From the NCBI GenBank assembly GCA_052426225.1, contig JBNJNM010000014.1, positions 1 to 64,000 on the forward strand: a DNA stretch of 64,000 bases. The letters are read 5' to 3'. Below are positions 15,080 to 25,400 of the stretch, piece after piece; within the stretch, counting starts at the first letter, position 1, and each line of letters opens with the position of its first letter. The translations under genes were made by a program, and so were the position numbers. This stretch comes from Zancudomyces culisetae HAW-14-8 (taxonomy: Eukaryota; Fungi; Kickxellomycota). The notes below the pieces were generated by a model. It was not told the origin of the DNA, ran no database searches, and worked only from the letters and a program-made list of their open reading frames with translations.

Positions 15080-17628
15080 TTTCTTTAGTTTTTTGTATTA
15101 TACTCGTTAAATTTGTTTGTACAAAGGTTAAGAATACAATAATAGACTGTGTTACACTCTTTTTAGCTTTATAAAGCAGGTGTAGGTGTTTTTACTATCA
15201 ACGAGGAGCTGGAGATGCGGGTATTTATACTTTTTTTTAAATATCGCATTCAGGTACTACATCCTTTATGATTAACCGTTTTAAAACTAGTAAGATGCAG
15301 TGTCTATAACTCTATTTAGTTTCCTCATGATCAGAATAAAAGTTACGTATTACTCACAATAGTATTACTTGTATATACGTAGACGTTTGTTTCTCTAGAT
15401 TATCATGCTGTATTATGTTAACAGCTTAGTGGGATTAAATTTCCACCTTGAGATCTGGTACAAAACCGTCTATTTGTTTTTTAATGTCTTAATCACACAT
15501 AATATATTCTATCTGATTCAAAAATGCACAAAAGCAACAGCTGAGTTGACAATCACTGATTTGTACAACTAAGCTTATAACTTGATGATAATCAAGTTTG
15601 GACGTTTAATGATAAGTGAACTGAGATTTAAAAAATATAATTTTTAATTTTTTGTCCATAAGGGGTTCCATACGAGTGTGTTTTTAATGAACTTTAATGT
15701 CATTTGATTCAATCTTTTACTTATATTTTACTTATATTTTACTTTTTTCAAACTAGAGAAAAGTTACACAAGATTATACTTGTGTTTTGATTATCGTAGT
15801 TATGCACATTTATTCAAAATACGGACCAAGTTGCATAATCAACATAGTGCAGGTCCAGATTTAACAATAATTGATGATTGTCGATTGCTTCACATTAAAT
15901 ATCCCCCGAACTAACAAAAATGAAGTCATACATATTCCATAAAAATTGCTATTATTTTGGTCTGGTGAATCTCACAAAATGTATTTAAACTAATTTTGAA
16001 TTGAATAACAATAGAAATCACGAGTTTACGTATTCCCAAAATAGTACTATTATGCGGTATTTGTTAACTACCGCAAAGCCTTAGGTATCGAAGAAAATGT
16101 TTAGGGAAGATTGTATATTATTTATCGTTTTTTCCCCACCGCTATTTTTGTTTGTTATTGTGGAAAATTCATTCTTTTCCCGTTACAGTCATTTGGATTC
16201 GTTGTATAGAGGACTCATAATTCTCATCCCAAATAAAATAATATTATTTTAAAGTTAGACAAAATTAATTGTCTAAAAGTTCACTAAGAAATAGCAAATA
16301 TTTTAAAACTGGGAACAGAAACCGTATCATTGTCAATAAAAGCAGTAGCATAAAAAAAGGAGTATAATGCTTCTGGTGACAAGTGTGTGTATTTGTGAAT
16401 GTTGTGTGAGTATCTGTACTATTATTCTCGATAAAACTATCATTCTTTTTGCTGTAACTCATTTCTACCTATTCATACTTTTAACGTTTCTGTCACTATT
16501 TTCGAGCGAGTACGGTCTGATACTCGCCTGTAGTGGGGTTTCTCATACGTAAAAAGGCTTGATCAGCAAGCTCTTTAAATGGGTCATGTGACACTCTGGA
16601 ATCCACGTCCATATTGGTGACTCCAGAGCGATCACTGTCTGAAGAATAACAGCCTTCATTTTTGGCTTACTGTATCCACGCTGTACTTAGTTTGCGCACA
16701 AGACCTGACATGTTTGATTGAGATATTAACGTTTAAAGTATTATAAGTTTAACCAGCCGTAGCACTATTACCTTTTTTTTTCATAACTAAAACCAGTATG
16801 TTTTTCCTTTCAAAATATTCTTTATTTCTTCTTTCTTACACTTATAAAATTTAACTATTAAAAGAACTAAGGAATCTTCTTGTGAGTCTTCCTTTAATTA
16901 TATTTGCTAAAATATCACAATTAACTACTATGACTAGTTTTAATCCTTTTTGAACGTAGTCATGTTTCGCTGTGATCTAACTTGTGGCTTCGTTTTTTCC
17001 ATCCATTTCCGTATTTGCTTTAATACGTATTAAACAATTGATACAATAACTATTAAAATCTTTTTTCTGTTTTTCTAGATGAACTTGAAAATTGTTTTCA
17101 TTAATGTTGTAATCGTATTGAGTTTTAGTTGATTGTTAATATATAATTAGAATATTTATTACTTTCTTTGTGTTCCGCACTACATCCGGGTATACACGGC
17201 AAAGGCTAGTAAGTTTTTGGCTAGTATAAAACACTTCAGGTCCGAGGATTCTTTGAATAACTATACAACGCCTTTATTAACAACCGAGTTTAAGCGATAA
17301 TCAATTTGAAAATTAAATATTCTGATACTTATCAATTCTTATATAAAATGAGCAGGATAATGTTAAATTGTGGTAAAAAATAAAGACTTGGACTCTGTTT
17401 AAATGAATGTTGTTCCATAGAACCAAAAGTAAAGTTAGAATAGTAATGAAAATAGCGTTGTTTATTCAAATTCATAACCCTAGTCCTGTTTATACAATAT
17501 TTATAAACTTATAATATAGAGAGACCACTTTGGTTTCTAAAAGTATTTTAACAAAGCTGCATCTCCTCAGTTTAACCAACCACCCAACTTAATAGAAAAA
17601 AATGAAAACCAAAAAATTAAAACTGAAA

Positions 17629-18048
17629 ATGATCAAGTCAGCAATCCTCAGCACCCTGGTAGTTAGCTCAACCGTTGCTTACGATGAGCAGGCTCAAAGT
17701 GTACAAGCAGAAGGTATTAACAGTGTTTCAGAATCCAAGTTCAATGAGATGAGATGCAACAAAAGAAAGATGAAAATGGAGTTATTTCGAGATGTCGGAT
17801 ATACTTTTCCATAAGGTACATTCTACGCAAGACCAAACAAGTGCTACAATTCACCAGATTTTAAAGGTATAAAAATGGGTAAAATGAGAGGCAAGTTAGG
17901 TTACATGATGTTTTGTAGTGTGCCTAATTGCAAGGGTGTATGTTATTTGGTTTCTAGAAGCCGTGAAAGTGCAATTAATGACATGTATGGCCTAGTTGGA
18001 GGTTATGTAAAATCCTATGCTTGGATGACACCATACTTTTATAATTGA
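17629..18048 (+). pseudogene. Secreted 4-Cys crystallin-like family member B, interrupted by one in-frame TAA (17812-17814)
   Basis: MIKSAILSTLVVSSTVA...FNEMRCNKRK MKMELFRDVGYTFP*GTFYARPNKCYN...MMFCSVPNCKGVC...LVGGYVKSYAW; the frame continues to TGA at 18048 with all family motifs. Confidence 0.85.
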
Positions 18049-20068
18049 TTAAATAGTTATAGATTATACAGATAAATCAATAGTTTTTAACTAAGCGATA
18101 AAATAGAATATTTAAAACCTCGCATAAATACAGGGATGAAGTTAAAGAGGTGTGGTTGAAACCGTAGCTTGAGTAATCAATAAATAACATTTTTTAATTA
18201 TTTTATTCAACACAGTTGGGTACTGTGTTTATTATCTTTTATTTATTGATCGATAATGGACGCGTACGGAAAAGCAAAGTTCAGGCATTAGAGAATCGAT
18301 GTAAAATTTTGTGCAGAAAAATCCTTGTATTCATAACATTTTGATGTCTTAATTTATCTGTGAATGGGAGTGATTGTGAACTGAATAATGAAAGCTAGAA
18401 GGAGATTACAGAATTTTGACGCAAAGTAAATATTGCTCGGTATATTTATAACACTTTTGACTTTACAATTAGGATTCTAGATTTATTTTCTCAAGATGGA
18501 TACACCTTTATTGTTCTCCATAAAATATTTGTACCCATAATTAGTTTCTAGTTCAACACACCAATTTCAGACTAATGTATGCAATTTCTAAGGTATGATT
18601 ATATTTTCAATGGTAAATCTGTTATTAAGAATCGATTCAGCAGTTAATTTTCTTACACTAAATACCAATTCAGAATAAATATGAAGTTACTACAATTTTA
18701 GCATAACAGGAAAACATTGGATTTATCTATTTAATGTATTTACAATATAAAATTCAAATACTTCATTTTATATTTTGATCACGTTTAAAACCAGTTTTAG
18801 ATTTTAGAATACTTTTCTTGTGACACAGTATAAATAAATCTAAAGTACATTGAATTCCTAATAGTTTTGATCAATTCCTAGAATTTTTATACCACTATTA
18901 CAATTATCTTTTCTTGGTTTAGTGCTATATATATCCATTATATCAAATATTTAAAATATAATTAAAATAAATGATAGAATTGGTAGAAAACCAAACCAAA
19001 CTGATACCCAAGCTGCGCTTGACATTGTGAGAAAAAAAACGTAAAAAATACTAAGCTGTGAACAGAAAAAAACTAGTATGATACAGATTTCGAGTCACCG
19101 ATTTAGTTTTTTTGACACTCAGAATGAATGAATCATAATCCTAAATCAATTCCGCATAATTAATTGCGGAGATAAAACTTATTTAGTGTACAATACGCCA
19201 AAAATATATCAAAAACCCATAACGTAGGGTAATGACAGCTGTTGAGATGTATACATGAGAGTAATTTAGGCTGCTTTATCAGTTAGTTTAGATTTTATTA
19301 TTTGCCGTGTGAAGAACGTTGTATAAAATATCATATATTAGCCATGTTTAGCGCTGTGTCTCGTTACAAAAATCTCTTCCCCAGTATTTCTGAAATCCCT
19401 TTAATCTCACAGCTGATATCCAAAATACTATTCTATAATGCAATTTTTTGTTAAATGATGATTATCTTTACACATTTTATGTAAACTAAACCTTCAATAA
19501 ACTAGTTCAAATTCTATATCTGTCGTGTTAATAACTATTAAATGGTTCAAAGTTCTAAAATAAATATTTTTGGTAGTGAAAACCAGCTCTAGCACACATG
19601 TTCTACTTTACGAGTATATCAAATGAATCTACTATTGCTGGTTGTTATTAAAAAGGTGTAGCAATATCATGACCACTTGCAGGCAAAATGAATGTATTTT
19701 TCACAATCAGCACAAGTCAGATTTAGGAAACTAATTTTTGTGTACCAATTATAGATCAAGTAAAATTTCTGATAAACCAATCTAGAAACCCAAGAGCAAA
19801 AGCCATTTGTATAGATTGTGTACTTTGTATTTTTTGAATTACTTTACGCTCAATATGTTTTATTTCGTTTTACATTTATTCACGTACTATGAAACATGTT
19901 AATCTGTGTATTTGGTTTCTTATTAATCATTTTATTCTCGGTTCATAATTATAGTGAATTATTGTATCTTAAACCTTAGAGTTAACCACAATTTTATTAG
20001 TTTCAAGCAATATTGCTCTCAAATGCTATATTTAATAAAAAAATGATACCAACGTTTATAAAAAAAAC

Positions 20069-20509
20069 CTAAATTGCGCGTACATTAAGAGAATCAAGTG
20101 TTGGGTTAAACCATATTACGGAATTTGCTCGCCCTCCGAGGTCATGCTGCATATTTCCAGGATACAACCAATCTGCTCTTAGAGAATTGTAACACTTTCC
20201 CAAACAGTTTATTTGAGTGCAAAACATGATTGAACCAGCACCTTGTTTGCCACCATCAAGGATGGCTGAATCAATGTTTGGTATATTGTTGCAGCGATTT
20301 GGCTGTAGTACTATTGTGTTTATTTGGTTTTTATAATAGCTGGTCATAAACATTTGGACCTCCAAGCTGTCTCTGCCATCCCGTTTAAGGAGGTTTACTT
20401 CATTTTCAGCAGTTCCGTTGATGCTGGGTACTTGAGCACTTGGAATGCTTGCACCAGCTGCAAATCCTGAAGCCAGTAAGAATATACCTGTTGTCAAAAA
20501 GTTAACCAT
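20069..20509 (-). CDS. Secreted 4-Cys crystallin-like family member C (signal peptide, LLKR Kex2-like site)
   Basis: ATG at 20509 (MVNFLTTGIFLLASGFAAGA); PNRCNN, IMFCxxxxCxGKC and LGGRANSVIW match members A and B. Confidence 0.85.
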   Translation of the reverse strand: MVNFLTTGIFLLASGFAAGASIPSAQVPSINGTAENEVNLLKRDGRDSLEVQMFMTSYYKNQINTIVLQPNRCNNIPNIDSAILDGGKQGAGSIMFCTQINCLGKCYNSLRADWLYPGNMQHDLGGRANSVIWFNPTLDSLNVRAI

Positions 20510-21918
20510 GTTGATACTCCTGAATGTGAAAATTATGCAAAATATGCCAAATATGATCAAAGTGTGTTGTGATGAATGAGTTTCTAAATGATGTAGAATG
20601 AAGAGATAAAATATTCAAAGAAACCTTACCCCTTTATACTTGTTAGTGTAGAGTTGAACCCAGCATTTCTGATTTAATTCAATATACGAATACTATAGTA
20701 ACTGCAGAATATAAATGTATTTTATCATCACCATCTTTCAGAAGGTACTTCATAACGTAATTATTATTTTCTAGGACTATTAATAACTTGGATCTGCCCA
20801 TTGTGCAGCAATTACGTAATACAAAAATTCTAATTTTTGTTAAAAGATGAGAATAGCCAGATGTGGATGTATCCCCGAATTGCGGGTTTAACTTATTAAT
20901 CAAAATAACGCAAATAAATTAATTGATTTGTTAATAGGCTAGCATACCCGGGTGAACAATATTTGGGTTATTCAATGTATGTGATTATTTTACCAACGAG
21001 GAGTAGTCGCTAGGTGATAAGTTCTAACACATTTTAATATTTGGAACAGTTTACAATCTTTTTTGACATTTACCCAGTTACATAACACTAATAAGCCATA
21101 AATATCAGCGGTAATAATATATTCTATATATATCATTTAAAAACAATTAAGAAAAAAAATATTATCAAAATTAGGTGAATTTTTTTTGGTAGTTGAATAA
21201 ATTAGAATAAAGGTAGAAAAATAACAAGTTTTCAAGTTTTGAACGCAGAGCCATAGATAAGAACTAGAAAGGTCAAACGGTTTGAAAGTTACATTAAACA
21301 CTATTTGTAAAAAGAACAGAACTTACTACTACATATGACAAATACGAATGTGTGAGTTAAAATCTATTGAACAAGGGTATTCTGATATTTTCATTGGATC
21401 TGGGTAAAAAATCCAGAAACCCAATAATCTTTAAATATATACTATATATAAAACTCAAACTATTCATTATTGAGCAAACATAAACGGATAATTATCATTA
21501 ATTACCGAATATTTACTAATTATTCAAGTGTTGGATAAATGTTACGATATTCTACTACCACAGACACACAAGAAAATAAAAAAAGTGAAAGAGTAAGTTC
21601 AGAGCTAGAGTGAATACACACTACAGAAAACTCAATTTGTAAAATCATTGCATACAACTAAATCTCTCCAATCTTAACAACCTTTTTCAATATAATAAAA
21701 ATATGAGCAAGTAGACTCACTGGAATAAAATAACCGAACCCAATACCATCTAGAACGACAAAAGCCGTATAAAAATGTCATTTACTCGCAGAATATGTCT
21801 ACAAAAAGATGTACTACTTGATTCTTGAACTCGTTATATTAAAATGTTTAAAGTAAAAAAGAACAATAATTACAATTTGGTTGAATGTAAATGAAAACCA
21901 TAAGTAATTGTACGAAGA

Positions 21919-22112
21919 GGAAAAATACGCTTGATGTGTGTATGCCATCTTTATTTCATTTCGAAAATACTCACCAAATTCTAGAATAGAATTTGATTCG
22001 CTAATTTTATGCTAATAAAATGAGTAAAATTTTGAAAAAATTTTTTGCATGAAAATTTTTCACAAATACTTATCAATCTGACTATCGTACTTGTTTTGAA
22101 ATTCTTCACCAT
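21919..22112. repeat. DIRS 3' inverted terminal repeat (194 bp), with terminal extension 21868-21918
   Basis: Exact reverse complement of 26518-26711. Confidence 0.97.
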
Positions 22113-22373
22113 GCGCAGTGTGCTATGTTTTGGACTACTTCGGTGCTACTGTTTGACTACAGTAGTACGCGCGTAGTCCACGCGTAGTACACTGCTTATC
22201 AATTATTAGCACTCATAGTAATAAATAGTAATAGTAAATAATATAAATAATAGTAATTATAGGGCGAATAATTGGAAATCGAGATTTAGATTCCAATCTA
22301 TCCAATCTGATTCCTAATCTTAAATCGAGTAATCGTTTTTTGAGCAGGTGTATATTGGGAGTGGATGGGTGGG

Positions 22374-22471
22374 ATCAAGCGTATTTTTCCTCTTCGTACA
22401 ATTACTTATGGTTTTCATTTACATTCAACCAAATTGTAATTGTACTTCAATCGGAAAAATACGCTTGATGT
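22374..22471. repeat. DIRS internal complementary region (ICR)
   Basis: Reverse complement of the left terminus (21868-21935) fused to the reverse complement of the right terminus (26693-26727) through TAATT. Confidence 0.95.
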
Positions 22472-25400
22472 TCATTCAGAGTTATTCCTAAATATAGATT
22501 CGGTTAGATTGGTTCGAGATTCTCGTGACAATCTGTAGAACGAATCGAAAACGAGTCTAGACGACCAAAACCCATGTGCGACTATATCATCGATGTTTGC
22601 TCCTGCATCCGTTGCGATTGTAGATCCCAATGCCCTAGCTTTAGGTCTTTTGATTCCTTTCGGTAATTTAATCAAATCAATAAAGAAATTTATATGTTTA
22701 CCGATCCTCTGTGCTCCGATTTTGTTGTTTTTGTTGTTGATCGCCCTGATGAGGTAGACAATGTTGGTATTGTTGTTCCTAGGGTGGGGTGATGCAGATG
22801 TAAATGCATCTGGACCCAATCTGTTAACATACTCGATGTATGTTAGCACTGGACATAGGTAAGCGAGTGAATGCTTGTGGATAGTGACTGTCTTGGTGAT
22901 GGATAGACCCATTCGTTTCTCTTTAGGTTCCACAACCGTGAGCCTTATAAATCTTTCTGTCACTGTCGTCATGCTTTGGTCAATCCTTTCAATGTCACTC
23001 GGTCTCATGAAGCCACATATACCGAGAAGGAAACAAAGCTTCTGAGTAAGCCTATGGATACTAAGTTGAGTGTTAGGTCCCCAGTCCCTTAGAGTTTTAG
23101 CTATAGGTGTTATGTCATAGTGATTAGAAGATAGATTAATAGTTTTTAAAGTATTGATTGATTGAATAAACTCTTTATACAACCAACTGTCGTTAATGAT
23201 CCTTCTGTCTGGTAGCAAGTTAGTTATAGCTGCACTGTTGTATTTTATCGTGTTATAGGACCATTTTAAGTTATATCGTCCATCCGATAAGTAGTTTATG
23301 ACGTCTGAAGCGGAGACCTTGTCCATAGTAATAGATAACTCGCTGATGTAAGCGAGAAACTTCCTCTGAGCTAGGGAGTAACGTCTATCAAGGTGAATAG
23401 ACTTGTGATTACTGGTAATAAGCGTCAAGGCATGATCGTTGAGTCCCGCTTCGACATACCGTGACCGCTTAACCTCCAAGCGGCTAGCCTCCAGCTCTTG
23501 TTCTTGTTCATGAGGCGTTTTCCGCTTGAGGGGTCTGCTAGAACTTCCCGGGCAGGGATCAGAAGTGGACTGGAGGTCGACAGGGCCCTGAGATCCGGGA
23601 ACCAAAGGCTCGACTTCCAGTATGGGGTCACCAAGGTCACGGAGAGTTTCTCCCTCCTGACCTTTTGGATGACCTGGGGTATCAAGTTCCATGGAGGACA
23701 GATGTAAGGGTTCCTCCATGGGTTCCAATGGTAACGGAGAGCATTGGAGGCTACCGCCAACGGGTCCCTGTACCAGGTCATGTACAAGGGAACCTTCTTG
23801 TTGGTCGCTGAGGCAAATAGATCGATGTCGTGGGGACCGAACATCCGATCTATCTTGCTGAACATCCTGGGAGATATCTCCCATTCCACTTGCGCTGTCA
23901 GTCTGGATGGCGCATCTGCTGGATTGATCGCTGAAGGGATGTAATCGATCTGTGGGCGTGTCCCCGACGTCAAACAGAAGTTCCATAAACCTTCGGCTAC
24001 CTCCAAAAGTTTCGAGGAGCGAGTCCCACCTTGATTCTTGACGTATGCGATCGTCGCATTGTTGTCGCAATAGAGCAGAATGCTCCTGCCTATGACTTCT
24101 GGAAGCCTGAGAGCCATCTGAACTACCTGTAGCTCCTTGACATTGATCGGCTGCTGGCTCCAAAACTTGTCCCATGTCCCACTGTATGTTCTGATGTCTG
24201 TCACTCTGCCCCATCCCTTGTCGCTGGCGTCTGTAAATATCTCCTTGGAGGGAACTTCGGGTATAAATGACCTCCCGTTCCACTGTTTGAGCTGTGTAGC
24301 CCACCATTTCAGGTTCTCGATGGCTGGAGGAGGTAGAAAAACTGTCGCATTCCAGTCTCCATGTTCCTTGAGGCCCCTGATCTTGGCCTCCTGAAGGCGC
24401 CTGAGCCTGAGACGACCCGGGAGCAGCGCAATCGAAAGCGACTGGGCCCTCCCAATGAATGATGCCAGGTTTCTGAGGGAAGCTGACCCGCGATTGATCA
24501 GCTTCTCGGCTTCCCGTCTGAGATCCCGCTTCTTGTCCTTGGGGACCTTCAGTGACATCTCGCGGCTGTTGATAGTCATCCCCAAGTGATCGATAACTTG
24601 GCTTGGGACTAGGGATGACTTTGACTCCTTGATCAAGAAGCCTACCTTTGCCAGTTTTTTGAGGAGGAGGCTGACGTTTTGGGCACACCGGTCTTTTGAG
24701 TCGCCCAAGACCAGCAAATCGTCTAGATAAGCTGTCAATCTGATTCCTCTCTGCCTCGCCCATCTGAGCACGGGCTTCAGGACCTTCGTGAAGGTCCAGG
24801 GACTTAAAGAGAGACCGAAGGGAAGGACTCGGAACTGGTACAGCTTCCTTCCCCAGGTAAACCTTACGTATTTTCTTGATGCCTTGTTCAATAATACGTG
24901 GAGGAAGGCATCTCTTAAGTCGATACTTGCCATCCAGTCCTTTCTCTTGATGATCCTGCAGGTTTGCTGCAGTGTTTCCATCTTGAAGGACCGGGGAGGG
25001 ACGTATTGGTTGAGGGGTTTTAGGTTCAAAACCGGTCTCAACTCTCCTGATTTCTTTGGGACGAGGAAGAGGCTTGAGTAGAAGCCTTTCTGGTCGCTTC
25101 TGCCCACTTCCTCGATGGCCCTCTTGGCCAAGAGGCTTATGATCTCTGCCTCTAAGGTCTCTCTGGCTGCTCTGCTCGCCGGAGGTGGTCTCGACCGCGG
25201 CTGCGACGTGGTCGGTGGTTGGGTATGGAAGGGGATTCTGAACCCCTCGGCTATCACGGACTGTACCCATCTGTCGTCTGTGAGTCTTTGCCAGGCTGCC
25301 TGGTACTGGGCAAGCCTTCCTCCTACTGTCTCTTCGCTGCCCTGTGCTTGGATCCAAAAGGGCGAGGGGCACTAGAGTTGAGAGTTTGAGGGCGCTGGGA

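Noticed and set aside
16480-16712. Minus-strand coding-like relic (MSGLVRKLSTAWIQ*AKNEG...)
   Set aside because: Short, interrupted and without recognisable homology
23498-25375. Plus-strand ORFs inside the DIRS element
   Set aside because: Short antisense ORFs expected in GC-richer, double-coded sequence; no motifs
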